This document shows positions 1 to 10,645 of a stretch of 64,000 bases of DNA, piece after piece. The position numbers and the translations under genes are program-made. How positions within the stretch are numbered: the stretch's first letter is position 1; each line of letters begins with the position of its first letter. The notes under the pieces are model-generated. The model ran no database searches. It was not told the origin of the DNA and was given only the letters and a program-made list of their open reading frames with translations. The stretch spans positions 3,552,001 to 3,616,000 of the forward strand of contig OY730476.1 in NCBI GenBank assembly GCA_963422735.1, given 5' to 3'. The stretch is from Candidatus Latescibacterota bacterium. GTDB lineage: Bacteria > Latescibacterota > UBA2968 > UBA8231.

Positions 1-1095
1 GTCGGGGGGCAGGCCGACGGCGAGGGCTTCTTCGGTTTGCAATTCGTCGCGATAGGACAGGTCGTAGTCTGATGTTTCCAATCCCCAATGTCGGTTGAGA
101 AATTTGTAGAGCTGGCGGCGGTTGTCGCGCTCGTAGTTGTGAGAGCCAGGATCGGTATTGTCGTAGAGGGCGATGTTGTCGCGGGCACCCAAGAGCGCAA
201 AGACGGGTCGAATAGGTTCGTAGATGGACTTGCGCGTTCGCCTCGTCTGGAAGCAGCAGTCGTCGTGGCGGTTGTAGATTAGCAAGGTTGGGCGCGGCGC
301 AAAGAGCGCGGAGAGTGCGTCGTAGTCGGCGACTGTGCAGAGGTCGGCCGGGCATTGCTCTTGGTCGCCAATATCCTCGATGCAGCCCCGGCGCTGCCAG
401 ACGGCCGAATGACCAGCGACTGGGACAATGACTTTGACCCGCTCGTCGAGGGCTGCCAGCAGGGCCGTTTGCCAGCCGCCGCCCGACAGGCCGGTCATTC
501 CAATGCGTTCGGGGTCGGTCTTGGGATGGGAGAGCAGCACGTCGAGGCCGCGCTTCATCAAGAGATAGAACACGCCAATGCCAGCGATGCCGCACAGGTC
601 GAGGTGGCCGATGCGGTTGTGTTCGATGTCGGCGCGCAGTTCGCCCATCCCAAGAAACTCGGTATTGAGTGCCAGCATCCCGCGCTTGGCGAGGTTGATG
701 CAACGGGCCTGTTTGTAGTCCATGGCCTTGCCGCCGGCGTGGTGGCCGTTGGGGTTGAGAATGGCTGGGGCCTTTTCCCCAAGCTGCTCAGGCTCGTATA
801 GAAGGGCCGGTACCCAGAGGCCGGGATAGCCCTCGTAACCCAGCTTGCGGATGGTGTAGCCGGTACCCGTCGCGATGCGGTCGCCCCAGTGGACTTGCGG
901 CTGTTCCGCGAGGAGGCTGGCGGGCTGGCCGCGGAAGAACAGGTCGAGGACTTGGACGCGCAGGGCTAGGGCTTGCTTGCGCCAGGCCGCGGCCGAAGTG
1001 GGGGGTGTGAAGCGGGGCAAGTGCTCGCCGAGGAAGGCGAGGAGTTGGCGATGGGCCTTGGGGCCGATGAGCTTTCTGTGCAGTGCGCGTTGCAT
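1..1095 (-). CDS. Alpha/beta hydrolase (acetyl xylan esterase-like), 3' end runs off the window
   Basis: Not in the ORF track. Hand translation from ATG 1095: MQRALHRKLIG...GYPGLWVPALLYEP...AILNPNGHHAGGK...LAKRGMLAL...DPERIGMTGLSGGGWQT, with a GxSxG nucleophile elbow. Confidence 0.8.
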   Translation of the reverse strand, partial: MQRALHRKLIGPKAHRQLLAFLGEHLPRFTPPTSAAAWRKQALALRVQVLDLFFRGQPASLLAEQPQVHWGDRIATGTGYTIRKLGYEGYPGLWVPALLYEPEQLGEKAPAILNPNGHHAGGKAMDYKQARCINLAKRGMLALNTEFLGMGELRADIEHNRIGHLDLCGIAGIGVFYLLMKRGLDVLLSHPKTDPERIGMTGLSGGGWQTALLAALDERVKVIVPVAGHSAVWQRRGCIEDIGDQEQCPADLCTVADYDALSALFAPRPTLLIYNRHDDCCFQTRRTRKSIYEPIRPVFALLGARDNIALYDNTDPGSHNYERDNRRQLYKFLNRHWGLETSDYDLSYRDELQTEEALAVGLPPD

Positions 1096-1163
1096 GGGAT
1101 AGTCCTCGCATTTTGGCGTCGATAGTATAGGGTACGGCCTGGCAGTGGGCCAAGCTGGGCGGG

Positions 1164-1192
1164 TTGACACGTCAAGTAGGGTTTGCTATCAC
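1164..1192 (+). promoter_or_regulatory. Putative sigma70 promoter for the Nudix gene
   Basis: TTGACA(1164)-N17-TATCAC(1187), preceded by TGn; the -35 lies in the near-palindrome TTGACACGTCAA. Confidence 0.5.
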
Positions 1193-1219
1193 TAGCGGCC
1201 ATTGCGGGAGGCGGGATAC

Positions 1220-1996
1220 ATGGAACCTATTGCGGCAACGACCAATCCATTCGGCGGCATCATTCCCAAACCAGAGGCTCTCGACCCAGAGCCGGTGGTG
1301 TTTGTTGAGAGGCTGCGCGCTTCGCTGGCGGCTTGGAAGGACGAAGGCTACCGGGTCGTCTGGCTGGAGGTCTCGATTGCCAAGGCGGCGTTGATTCCTG
1401 TAGCGGTGGAAGCCGGGTTTACATTCCACCACAGCGGCGACGGCTATCTAATGATGACCTTGCAACTGGAAGAAGGTGCTTACGTGCCGGCCCATGCTTC
1501 GCACTATATCGGCGCGGGCGGGGTGGTGCTCAACGAGGCGCAGGAACTGTTGGTGGTCAGCGAAAAGTACCATCGGCACGCGCCCGGTCCACCGCGCTAC
1601 AAGTTGCCCGGCGGCGCACTGCGCGCCGGCGAGCATTTGGCCGAAGCCGTGATGCGCGAAGTCGCCGAAGAGACCGGAGTAGAGACCGAGTTCGACGCGC
1701 TGGTGTGCTTCCGTCACTGGCACGGCTATCGCTTCGGCAAGTCGGATATTTACTTCGTCTGCCGCCTGCGCCCACTGAGCACCGAGATTAGCATCCAAGA
1801 GGACGAGATCGCCGAGTGCCGGTGGATGCCGGTGGCCGATTATCTGGCCGAGGAAAACGTCAGTGCCTTCAACAAGCGGATCGTCGAGGCGGCGCTCAAC
1901 AGCACGGGGGTGCAGCTAACGGAGATGGAAGGCTACGGTACGCCGGAGCAATACGAGTTTTTCATGCCGTCGGATCTGGGGTCGGAGGAGGGCTGA
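1220..1996 (+). CDS. Nudix hydrolase (NUDT6-like, with N-terminal pre-Nudix domain)
   Basis: Nudix box LPGGALRAGEHLAEAVMREVAEETG; AGFTFHH and ASHYIGAGG motifs; GGAGG upstream of ATG 1220. Confidence 0.9.
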   Translation: MEPIAATTNPFGGIIPKPEALDPEPVVFVERLRASLAAWKDEGYRVVWLEVSIAKAALIPVAVEAGFTFHHSGDGYLMMTLQLEEGAYVPAHASHYIGAGGVVLNEAQELLVVSEKYHRHAPGPPRYKLPGGALRAGEHLAEAVMREVAEETGVETEFDALVCFRHWHGYRFGKSDIYFVCRLRPLSTEISIQEDEIAECRWMPVADYLAEENVSAFNKRIVEAALNSTGVQLTEMEGYGTPEQYEFFMPSDLGSEEG

Positions 1997-2068
1997 AGTG
2001 CCGGTGCATTACTGTCCGGTATGCGAATTGGTACTTTCGACGATTTCCTCGCCCGCGCCGTCAGTCCA

Positions 2069-3067
2069 CTATCCCGCCAAATCCAACCTATCCAGCACTT
2101 CTTTGTTGACCACGTGATCGGGGACTTTCCCCTGCAATAGCGCGACGATGCTCTGCGCGGCGACGAAGGCCATGCGCTTGCGGGCGCTTAGGGTCTTGGA
2201 ACCGGTATGGGGCAGGGCCAACACCTTGTCGCGGCGGACCAGTTCGAGGGACTGGCCTTGCGGCGGCTCGGTGGCTTGGCAGTCGAGGCCGGCACCGGCT
2301 AGGTGCCCGCTGTCGAGCGCGGCGATCAGGGCGGCTTCGTCAACCAAACCGCCGCGGGCGGTGTTAATCAGGTAGGCTTCCTCTTTCATAAGGCCGAGGA
2401 ACCCGGCATCGACGAGGTGGTAGTTTCCCTCGGTCAGGGGCAGGTGCAAGGTAACGGCGTCGGCTTGGGACAGCAGGTTGGCGCGGTCGGCAGGCTCGGC
2501 ACCGAGTGCGCGGATTTGCGCGTCGTCGATCCAAGGATCGTGGACTAAGACTCGCATCTTGAAGCCGCGTGCGCGGCGCACGACTTCGGCGCCGATGCGG
2601 CCACAGCCGACTAGCCCCAAGGTCATGGCGCACAAGTCCTCGCCGACGGGAACGTCGTAGGTGTCTTTCGCCTTGACCCGCTGATCGCCTAACCTGAGCG
2701 AGCGCACTAGGCCGAGGAGCAAGGCAAAGGTCAGGTCGGCTACCGCGTCGGCCATGGCACCGGGGGTATTGGTGACGACGATGCCGCGCTGGGTGCAGTA
2801 ATCGAGGTCAACCTTGTCGAAGCCAACGCCGTTGCGGGCGATGATCTTGAGCTGTGTTGCTTGGTCGATGGTGTCGGCGTTGAGGTTTTCGCCGCCGGCC
2901 AGCAGGGCATCGAAGCCGACCAGCTTTTCGCGCGTTTCCTCGTTGAGCCAGCCGGGTTGGGGGTGCCGGACCTCGATGGCAAAGCCGGCGCGCTCAATAA
3001 GCTCGCGGGCTTTGCTTTGGCCTTGAAACTCGATCTCGACGCTGGACAGGATGCGGAGTTGAGTCAT
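2069..3067 (-). CDS. D-2-hydroxyacid/phosphoglycerate dehydrogenase family protein
   Basis: ARNGVGFD, GCGRIG Rossmann motif, INTARGG, PHTG; start MTQLRIL after a GAGGAAG-rich RBS. Confidence 0.9.
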   Translation of the reverse strand: MTQLRILSSVEIEFQGQSKARELIERAGFAIEVRHPQPGWLNEETREKLVGFDALLAGGENLNADTIDQATQLKIIARNGVGFDKVDLDYCTQRGIVVTNTPGAMADAVADLTFALLLGLVRSLRLGDQRVKAKDTYDVPVGEDLCAMTLGLVGCGRIGAEVVRRARGFKMRVLVHDPWIDDAQIRALGAEPADRANLLSQADAVTLHLPLTEGNYHLVDAGFLGLMKEEAYLINTARGGLVDEAALIAALDSGHLAGAGLDCQATEPPQGQSLELVRRDKVLALPHTGSKTLSARKRMAFVAAQSIVALLQGKVPDHVVNKEVLDRLDLAG

Positions 3068-3081
3068 CTCTTCCTCTTCTT

Positions 3082-4083
3082 CTATTGGACAGTAAAGCGG
3101 GTATGTTCGTAGGCGGCGAAGGGAGTGGGCACCCCCAGTTCGTCGGCTAGGTCTTGGAGGCTCTGCTGGTGCTGGGGGCTGATGGGCACGCCGTCGCGGG
3201 CGTACTCGCGCTCCCGTTGCCACTCCAGATTGCCGGGCAGCTCAGCGCAGTCGAGGCCGGGAAAGGGCCGCATGTTGCGGGCGGCGGCGACGAACTCGTC
3301 CATCTGCGCTTGGAATTCTTCTAAAGGCATAAAAGCGCGTACGTCAAAGGCCGCTAGAAAAACCCCTTGGTTGGATTCCCAAGGCGACACCGGCGGGATA
3401 AATTGGGGCAAGTAAATCCCGGCCAGCACACCGCCCAATGCCCGGTTTACCGCGCCGATACCCAGTTCCTTGAAGAAGGCAAAGGGGATCTGGGCAAAGA
3501 GGTTTTCGTCCCAAGGCAGCATGTGCGCGCCCATGTCGAGCACGAGGGGCGGTTGCTCTTCGTTGGGAAAGGCGATGCTGATCGGCGAGGCGGCGTTGAC
3601 GCCTTTGACTAGCGAGTCCGACGGCAGGTCGTAGCGATGCGAGGAGATGGCAATCCCCACGCAGCCGGCTGCGGCTGCCATCCGAGAGTACTTACCGGCA
3701 CTGCCAAAGTGGAAGTGGTTGCGGGTGGTCGCCGCGGCCGTGCCGTACTCCGCGGCCGTCTCGGCTACCCAGGTCATGGCTTGGTGACAGGGAAAGTGCC
3801 CCATGCCGCCATCGCCGTCATAGACGCGGGCAGTGGTGGTTGAACTGGTCACCTTTATATTAGGGCGGGGATTGGCGCGGCCTTCGATCATCAGATGCAC
3901 GTACCCGGGGAGTTGCCAAGTCCCATGGCTGTGGACGCCGCGCAGGTCGGTGGCAGTCAAGAGGTCGGCGAGGATCTGGGCGTCCGCCGGATTGGTGCCG
4001 GCCTTGTGGAAGAAATCGGCGGTGAGTTGGCGCAAGGCAGCGGCTGGGACGCGGAGGCCTTCGGCAGGTGGAGTGTTTCCCAT
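3082..4083 (-). CDS. Ldh_2 family (malate/L-sulfolactate/ureidoglycolate-type) oxidoreductase
   Basis: DLRGVHSHG, DGDGGMGH, NHFHFG, LVLDM, ELPG motifs. Confidence 0.85.
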   Translation of the reverse strand: MGNTPPAEGLRVPAAALRQLTADFFHKAGTNPADAQILADLLTATDLRGVHSHGTWQLPGYVHLMIEGRANPRPNIKVTSSTTTARVYDGDGGMGHFPCHQAMTWVAETAAEYGTAAATTRNHFHFGSAGKYSRMAAAAGCVGIAISSHRYDLPSDSLVKGVNAASPISIAFPNEEQPPLVLDMGAHMLPWDENLFAQIPFAFFKELGIGAVNRALGGVLAGIYLPQFIPPVSPWESNQGVFLAAFDVRAFMPLEEFQAQMDEFVAAARNMRPFPGLDCAELPGNLEWQREREYARDGVPISPQHQQSLQDLADELGVPTPFAAYEHTRFTVQ

Positions 4084-4189
4084 GATGGCTCTCTGAGTAA
4101 GGGTGAAAAAAGCGAATTATATACGGGGTTGGGCTTAGGCGTGTCAAGAAGCCGCAGAGGCTTTTAATAGAAGCACGGAGTAAAGGGAA

Positions 4190-5413
4190 ATGTCCTACGA
4201 TCTGTTGTTAAAGGGTGCGCGGGTGATAGACCCAGCGCAGAGCGTGGATGGGATACGCGATGTAGGCATCGTCGGTGAGAAGATCGCCGAAGTGGCCGAG
4301 GAAATAACGGCCCCAGCGGCGGAGACGATCGACCTGTCCGGCAAAATCCTGACGCCGGGGTGGATCGATATCCACGCGCATCTCTACGCCGGATGCACGA
4401 CTTGGGGGATCCGCGGCGACGCACTGTGCTTGGCCACGGGCGTGACGACGATCGTCGATGCTGGAAGTGCGGGGTGGGCCAATTTCGAGGGATTTGTCGA
4501 TTACGTCGTCGAACCAGCGCGGACCCAAGTTTTGGGGTACGTGCATATTTCGGCGATTGGCCTGACCTGTGGGCCGGTGGGGGAGATGATCGATTTGCAG
4601 TACGGCGATCCAGAGCGCACGGCTTTTGTGGCCCATCACTGGCGGGCGCACTGCGTTGGCGTCAAGGTCCGGCAGGGCGGTTTCCAAGTCGGGGAAAATG
4701 GGACCAAACCCTTGCAATTGGCAGTGCAGGCAGCCGAGTGGGCAGGGGTGCCGGTGATGGTACACATTGCCCGGGGGGTGCCGATTGCCGAGGTGCTTGC
4801 CCTGCTGCGGCCCGGTGATGTGGTGACCCATTGCTATCAAGGCACGGGAGACTGCGTGATTGACGATTCGGGGACGGTAGTGCCGCAGGTGTGGGAAGCG
4901 AGAAAGCGAGGCGTGCTTTTCGACGTGGGGCACGGCGGCGGCAGTTTCGACTACGGAATCGCACGACAGGCCCTAGCCGACGGCTTTGTCGCCGACGTGA
5001 TCAGCACGGATTTGCACGCCCATAGCTGGGACAGTCCGATCGAGAGTCTGCCGGAGACCGCGTCAAAGTTGCTCAATCTGGGTGTGCCAATCGAGCGCGT
5101 CGTGCAGCAGAGCACGGCTGCGGCGGCCAATGCCATCGGCCGCGGCGCGGCGTTGGGTACCCTGCGGGAGGGCACGGTGGCGGATCTGGCGGCATTTGAG
5201 GTGCTGGAGGGAACGTTCGAGTTCGAGGATGTACGCGGCCAGTGCGCGCAGGGCGATCGCAAAATCGAGCCGGTATTGACCGTGCGCCAAGGCCGGGCGC
5301 ATCGGCTGGAGGATCTGCGCGGGGAGCTACAGGAAGCTCGCGAGCGGGCGCGCTTTATGCGGCATCTCACCGGCAAGAACTTTGCGGCCTTGGGGTGGGT
5401 GCCGGGCGGTTAG
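4190..5413 (+). CDS. Amidohydrolase / dihydroorotase-like metallohydrolase
   Basis: PGWIDIHAH, GVTTIVDAGSAG, GVKVR, FDVGHGGGSF, ISTDLH. Confidence 0.85.
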   Translation: MSYDLLLKGARVIDPAQSVDGIRDVGIVGEKIAEVAEEITAPAAETIDLSGKILTPGWIDIHAHLYAGCTTWGIRGDALCLATGVTTIVDAGSAGWANFEGFVDYVVEPARTQVLGYVHISAIGLTCGPVGEMIDLQYGDPERTAFVAHHWRAHCVGVKVRQGGFQVGENGTKPLQLAVQAAEWAGVPVMVHIARGVPIAEVLALLRPGDVVTHCYQGTGDCVIDDSGTVVPQVWEARKRGVLFDVGHGGGSFDYGIARQALADGFVADVISTDLHAHSWDSPIESLPETASKLLNLGVPIERVVQQSTAAAANAIGRGAALGTLREGTVADLAAFEVLEGTFEFEDVRGQCAQGDRKIEPVLTVRQGRAHRLEDLRGELQEARERARFMRHLTGKNFAALGWVPGG

Positions 5414-5480
5414 GGTTGCAAGTGGCGAGTGAATAGTATTTAGACGATAAGAATTTATAAATAGTAAGGAGTAGAAAGGC

Positions 5481-6539
5481 TTGTTCGAATCAACTGACGA
5501 TCTGCGCATTGCCCAACTCAAACCGCTAATCCCACCGTCGATTTTGATGGAAGAGTTGCCCACTTCAGAAGCGGCCTCCCACACCGTGGCTGCGGCCCGG
5601 CGCGCATTGGACGCTATACTGGCTGGAGAGGACGACAGGCTAGTGGTAGTGGTCGGGCCGTGTTCGATCCACGACCCCGAAGCCGCGCTTGAATACGCGG
5701 AACGGCTGCGGAAAAAGGCCGCGGCCCTAAGCGACGAGTTGTACGTGGTGATGCGCGTGTATTTCGAGAAGCCGCGCACGACCGTCGGCTGGAAGGGGTT
5801 GATCAACGACCCGCATTTGGACGACAGCTTTGCCATCAACAGCGGCTTGCGCGCCGCGCGCGGCCTGCTGGTGCAGTTGGCGGATATGGGCTTGCCGGCC
5901 GGTTCCGAATTCCTCGATACCATCACGCCGCAGTTTATCGCCGACCTGATTGCTTGGGGTGCTATTGGTGCCCGCACTACCGAAAGTCAGGTTCACCGCG
6001 AATTGGCTTCCGGGCTGTCGATGCCGGTTGGCTTCAAGAACGGGACCGCAGGCCATGTGCAGACCGCCCTCGACGCCATCGGTGCCGCCCGGCACCCGCA
6101 TCACTTTCTCTCGGTGACCAAGCAGGGCATTGCGGCGATTGTCGGGACTTCGGGCAATGCAAGCTGCCATCTGATTTTGCGCGGCGGCAACGACGGGCCC
6201 AATTGCGATCACGTCAGCGTCGGCATGGCCGCGGCCCGACTCAAGGAAGCGGACTTGCCGCACCGCGTGATGATCGATTGCAGTCACGGCAACAGCGCCA
6301 AGGATCACAAACGCCAGCCGGCTGTTGCACGCGGAGTTGCCGCGCAGGTGGCGGAGGGGACGCAAGATGTTTTCGGGGTGATGCTGGAGAGCCACTTAGT
6401 CGAGGGCAATCAGAAACAGCAGGCAGGTAGTGAGTTGGTTTATGGGCAGAGCATTACCGATGCCTGTATTGGGTGGGAGGATACGGTGGAGGTGTTGGAG
6501 GAGTTGGCCGCGGCGGTGCGGACGCAACGGGAAAAGTAA
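5481..6539 (+). CDS. aroG: 3-deoxy-7-phosphoheptulonate (DAHP) synthase, class I-alpha
   Basis: GPCSIHD, RVYFEKPRTTVGWKG, GAIGARTTESQVHR, DCSHGNS, SITDACI; aroF/G/H isozyme identity not resolvable. Confidence 0.93.
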   Translation: MFESTDDLRIAQLKPLIPPSILMEELPTSEAASHTVAAARRALDAILAGEDDRLVVVVGPCSIHDPEAALEYAERLRKKAAALSDELYVVMRVYFEKPRTTVGWKGLINDPHLDDSFAINSGLRAARGLLVQLADMGLPAGSEFLDTITPQFIADLIAWGAIGARTTESQVHRELASGLSMPVGFKNGTAGHVQTALDAIGAARHPHHFLSVTKQGIAAIVGTSGNASCHLILRGGNDGPNCDHVSVGMAAARLKEADLPHRVMIDCSHGNSAKDHKRQPAVARGVAAQVAEGTQDVFGVMLESHLVEGNQKQQAGSELVYGQSITDACIGWEDTVEVLEELAAAVRTQREK

Positions 6540-6569
6540 TCAACGACGGGGCCGATTGGCCTGACTAGC

Positions 6570-7736
6570 GTGAAAAATCTTTCGCTGCTCTTTTTGTGCG
6601 AGGCCCTCTCGCGCACCGCCAGTATCATCATGCTCTCGAGCATGGCACTCGTCGGCCAGCGGTTGACGCCGAATGCCGCGCTGACGACCCTGCCGCTGGC
6701 ACTGGCACCGGTGGCCACAATGCTGATGACGGTGCCCGCGGCGCAGCTAATGCAGCGGCGAGGCCGCAAGCTGGGTTTCGCCTTGGGTGCCGCGTTGGGC
6801 GTCGTCGGGGGCGCGGTGGGGTGTCTAGCCGTGTACCATGGCCAATTCGCGCTGCTTTGTTTGGGCGGGTTGGGCATTGGTGCGGTCAACGGCTTTGCCA
6901 CCTATTATCGCTTTGCCGCTGGCGAGGTGGTCGCCGAGGATTTTCGCAGTCGCGCCATTTCGCTGGTGATGGCCGGGGGCGTCATTGCCGCGATATCAGG
7001 CTCCAATCTGGCGGCGTGGTCGCGGGAGTGGTTTCCCGACTATCTATTCGCTGGCTCTTTTCTGGGGATTGCCGCCGTTCATGCGCTGGTTTTGCTGGTC
7101 CTCTGCTTTGTCTCCTTTCCCGCGCCCAGTGCCGAGGAGCAACGGGCGGGCGGGCGTTCGCTCAGGGAAATCGCCCGGCAGTCGGATTTCGCGCTGGCGG
7201 TGATCGGGGCGGTGGCTGCTTGGGGGCTGATGTCGCTTTTGATGAATGCCACGCCGCTGGCGATGAAACGGCATTTGCATTCCTTCGCCGATACGGCTTG
7301 GGTGATTCAGTGGCATGTGCTGGGCATGTTCGTGCCGTCTTTTTTTACCGGACACCTGATATCGCGTTGGGGCGAGCACCGGATCATGTTCACCGGCATC
7401 GCGTTGCTCGGGTGCTCCATCGCGGTCAATTTGAGCGGTATTGGGATCTATCACTACACGACCGGGTTGGCTCTATTGGGCGTGGGGTGGAATTTTCTTT
7501 TCGTAGGGGCAACTTCGCTCTTGGCGACGACGCACCGGCCCGAGGAAAAGGCGCGGGTGCAATCCTGCAATGACTTTCTGGTCTTTGGCCTGATGGTGTT
7601 GACCAGCTTCGGGGCGGCACCTTTGGAGGGGATGCTGGGGTGGGACAGGCTCAATCACTTGGCTGTGCCCTTTTTGGTGGCAGTGGCGGTGACGCTAGGG
7701 CTGCTGTGGGTGCGGGCGGGCCGGAGCGGCTGGTGA
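6570..7736 (+). CDS. MFS transporter
   Basis: About 12 hydrophobic segments; YRFAAGE, HVLGMFVPSFFTG, GVGWNF. Confidence 0.88.
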   Translation: MKNLSLLFLCEALSRTASIIMLSSMALVGQRLTPNAALTTLPLALAPVATMLMTVPAAQLMQRRGRKLGFALGAALGVVGGAVGCLAVYHGQFALLCLGGLGIGAVNGFATYYRFAAGEVVAEDFRSRAISLVMAGGVIAAISGSNLAAWSREWFPDYLFAGSFLGIAAVHALVLLVLCFVSFPAPSAEEQRAGGRSLREIARQSDFALAVIGAVAAWGLMSLLMNATPLAMKRHLHSFADTAWVIQWHVLGMFVPSFFTGHLISRWGEHRIMFTGIALLGCSIAVNLSGIGIYHYTTGLALLGVGWNFLFVGATSLLATTHRPEEKARVQSCNDFLVFGLMVLTSFGAAPLEGMLGWDRLNHLAVPFLVAVAVTLGLLWVRAGRSGW

Positions 7737-7907
7737 TCTACACGGTCTTAGGCCAGCCCGTGCGGCTACTGGTTGACCACATATAGGCCGCTGGCGTGTC
7801 TGCACTATCCGGGCGGGAAGCAGGCTCGCCGAGTGCTCTATCTCAAGTGAAGGACACTCCGCGGTGAGTGCCGAATAAATGGACCATACCCGAGGAGGAT
7901 TCCGACA

Positions 7908-9023
7908 ATGGCTAAATATCGCGTGGGCTTGATCGGGGCCGGGCGCAAAGGTACGCAGCACGCACGCGCCTATATGCTCGACGAACGCACGAAGTTGGTG
8001 GCCGTGGCCGATGGAGATCCGGAGAATTTGGCGCTGTTTCAAAAACGCACGGGTGTGCCCGGTTATGCCGACTATCGCCAGATGCTAGAAAAAGAGGCAC
8101 TCGATATTGCCGCGCCGATTTTGCCGGTTGGCGTCAACCCGGAGGTCGTCATCGCCTGCGCTCAAGCTGGGGTCAAGGCCATTCTCTGCGAAAAGCCGAT
8201 CGCGGCCTCACTCGAAGAGGCCGACCGCATGGTCGCCGAGTGCAAGCGCCGGCGCATCCCCTTTGGCGCGGGCGACTTGGATGTCAACCTGCCGGCCTAC
8301 CAAAAGGCCCTAAAATTCATCGGTGCGGGCGAACTGGGGGCGGTCAAGCGCATCACATTGCTCGGCGGGTCGGGCACGGAGATGTCAGGTGGCGGCTGCC
8401 AGCGCTTTACGCTGATGCGCCACTTCGCTGGATGCGCCGAGGTGGCGTGGGTATCGGGCTGGGTCAGCGACGATCCCCTGAGCGAACACGACCAAGGCGG
8501 GGCTGGGTACGTGCGCTTCACCAATGGGATCGAGGCGTTTACCTGCCGGGACAAGGATGCGCGGGGCCGCGGCTACGAGGTGGTCTGCGAGGGTGGGGTC
8601 TTCTACTCAGATGACAATCTCGCCGGCTTGTACCGGTACGTCGAAGGCGACGGAGCGAGCTGGGAGAAGTTGAAAAAAATCGAGGGCGTCTTGCCGGAAG
8701 GGCCGATCTACGGCGCGAAACGCGGGTACGACGCCAAGGGCTGGCGATGGCCCGGGGACCGCAACGTGGCTAGTTGCAAGGCGATTATCGATGCCTTGGA
8801 ACAGGGCGAGGATCCGCCGGGCAGCGGCGAGAACGGCGTCAAGGTCCTCGAAATGGCCATCGCGGTGCGCGAGTCGCACCGGCGGGGATGTGCGCCCGTC
8901 GCGTTGCCGCTGGCCGACCGCAGCCTGCGCATCATTCCCCGCCTCTCGCGGATGTACAACAAAAAGCCGATTTTCGGTCGTGAAAAATACATGGATCAGG
9001 TGTTGTCGCACAAAAAGGACTAA
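7908..9023 (+). CDS. Gfo/Idh/MocA family oxidoreductase
   Basis: VGLIGAG, LCEKP; GAGGAGG RBS. Confidence 0.85.
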   Translation: MAKYRVGLIGAGRKGTQHARAYMLDERTKLVAVADGDPENLALFQKRTGVPGYADYRQMLEKEALDIAAPILPVGVNPEVVIACAQAGVKAILCEKPIAASLEEADRMVAECKRRRIPFGAGDLDVNLPAYQKALKFIGAGELGAVKRITLLGGSGTEMSGGGCQRFTLMRHFAGCAEVAWVSGWVSDDPLSEHDQGGAGYVRFTNGIEAFTCRDKDARGRGYEVVCEGGVFYSDDNLAGLYRYVEGDGASWEKLKKIEGVLPEGPIYGAKRGYDAKGWRWPGDRNVASCKAIIDALEQGEDPPGSGENGVKVLEMAIAVRESHRRGCAPVALPLADRSLRIIPRLSRMYNKKPIFGREKYMDQVLSHKKD

Positions 9024-9072
9024 TGTACGAAACCACGATGAGGCCGCTGCGCCGCGAAATAGGAGCCTAGCC

Positions 9073-10644
9073 ATGGACCGACCCCGTTTGATTCACTACA
9101 ACGACGCGCACCACTTTCACGCCAAACGACTCGAACCACCGGCCAGCCTCCACCTCCTGAACTGGCCGGTAGATGAGGTGTTGGGCACGGGCGTGGATTT
9201 GCTGGTTTTGGGATTGGGTTATAGCGATGTCTTCTTTCACCAGAGCGAGGTCGGCCGCGTGGTGGGGCAGGAAAAGGAGGTGTGGGAAAACTACATTGAC
9301 TGGCGGATCATGCGGATGGTCGAGGTCGCCAAGGAACTGGGCACCGACCAGCTACAGGCCGTCATTGAGCGCGGCCGGGAGACGGGGCTGAAGGTGTTTC
9401 CCAGCCTAAAGCTACAGGACTCCTCCCGCCCGGGACACGATCGCTCGGGGCGGCTCAAGGAGCAGCGCAAAGCTGCGGTGTGCATTGGCGACGCGGGCCG
9501 GGCGGAGTGGTGCTACGATTACGCGCAAGAGGCCGTGCAGGAGGACAAGCTGGCCATTATCGGCGAAGTGTTAGAAGGCTACCGGGCCGATGGGTTGGAA
9601 CTGGATTTTTGCTTTGACAACTTCTATTTCAAACAGGATGAAATCCAAGAGAACGCGCCGCTGATGACCGAGTTTGTGGCCAAGGTACGGGCGTTGGCTG
9701 AGGAAATCGGCGTGCGGCAGAGCCGCAAAATTCCGCTGATGGCGCGAGTGCATCTGTACGAAGAAGACAACCTCGCGGTGGGGCTGGACGTGGCGGCTTG
9801 GCTGCGCGCTGGCAGCCTCGATTGGGTCGTCGGCCAGGACGAGAATGCGTTGGTTGACTTAGGCATTCAGGCACCGTGGCTGGCCGAGGTGGCCGAGAAT
9901 GCGGGTGCCGCCGCGTATTATCGGCCGCCGCGCCGGATCTACGACGAGCGGGTGGGATTGCCGGGCATTGAGATGTACCGCGCCCTCAGCCAGATCCTCG
10001 CTTGGCAGGGCTACGCCGGGATGTATCTGGGCTATATGCCTTGGCCCTTTGCCGAGCGCGAGTACCAAATCCTGCGCGAAACCGCCTATCCGCAGGTACA
10101 CGCCCGGCGCGACAAGCGCTACCTGCTACAGCCTCGCGAGGGGGTGTTGGGTGAGGCGACTTCTACGCCGGAGCGCCAATTGCCGGAACAACTCTTGGAG
10201 GGCGAGACGGTCGCGCTCGACATCTGGGTAGCCGACGATGTGGAGAGTGCCCGCCGCGACGGCGAGATGCGTCCGGCCATTTTGACGCTGCGTTTTGCCT
10301 TTTTCTGCATTGAGGACGAGATCGAAATGCGCTTTAACGGTCGGGTCCTGTCTCGCGCCGAAGCCGAAATCAACGACGAGCGTGCGTTGACCATTCCCCT
10401 ACAGCTCGCCGGCAGTATGGCGGTACAGGCCCCGTTGGGTTTTTCAGCGCACTGGTTCCGCTTTTGCTTGGCACCGGAGGAAATAAGGCGTGGGGCCAAT
10501 CGAGTCGAGATCGAGGTGAAGAAACTGGAGGCGCGGGCGGGTTTTGCCCGCAGCATCAATGGAGCGGAAATACTAGTCCGCTACAAGGACTTTGTGCGGC
10601 CTGAAGGCTTGGGGCGGGAGCGGATCGCCCCGCCGGGAGGTTGA
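9073..10644 (+). CDS. Uncharacterised glycoside-hydrolase-like (TIM barrel, GHL10-like) protein
   Basis: Start MDRPRLIHYND after AGGAG; YRADGLELDF and DVAAWL motifs; C-terminal beta-rich domain. Confidence 0.6.
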   Translation: MDRPRLIHYNDAHHFHAKRLEPPASLHLLNWPVDEVLGTGVDLLVLGLGYSDVFFHQSEVGRVVGQEKEVWENYIDWRIMRMVEVAKELGTDQLQAVIERGRETGLKVFPSLKLQDSSRPGHDRSGRLKEQRKAAVCIGDAGRAEWCYDYAQEAVQEDKLAIIGEVLEGYRADGLELDFCFDNFYFKQDEIQENAPLMTEFVAKVRALAEEIGVRQSRKIPLMARVHLYEEDNLAVGLDVAAWLRAGSLDWVVGQDENALVDLGIQAPWLAEVAENAGAAAYYRPPRRIYDERVGLPGIEMYRALSQILAWQGYAGMYLGYMPWPFAEREYQILRETAYPQVHARRDKRYLLQPREGVLGEATSTPERQLPEQLLEGETVALDIWVADDVESARRDGEMRPAILTLRFAFFCIEDEIEMRFNGRVLSRAEAEINDERALTIPLQLAGSMAVQAPLGFSAHWFRFCLAPEEIRRGANRVEIEVKKLEARAGFARSINGAEILVRYKDFVRPEGLGRERIAPPGG

Positions 10645-10645
10645 G

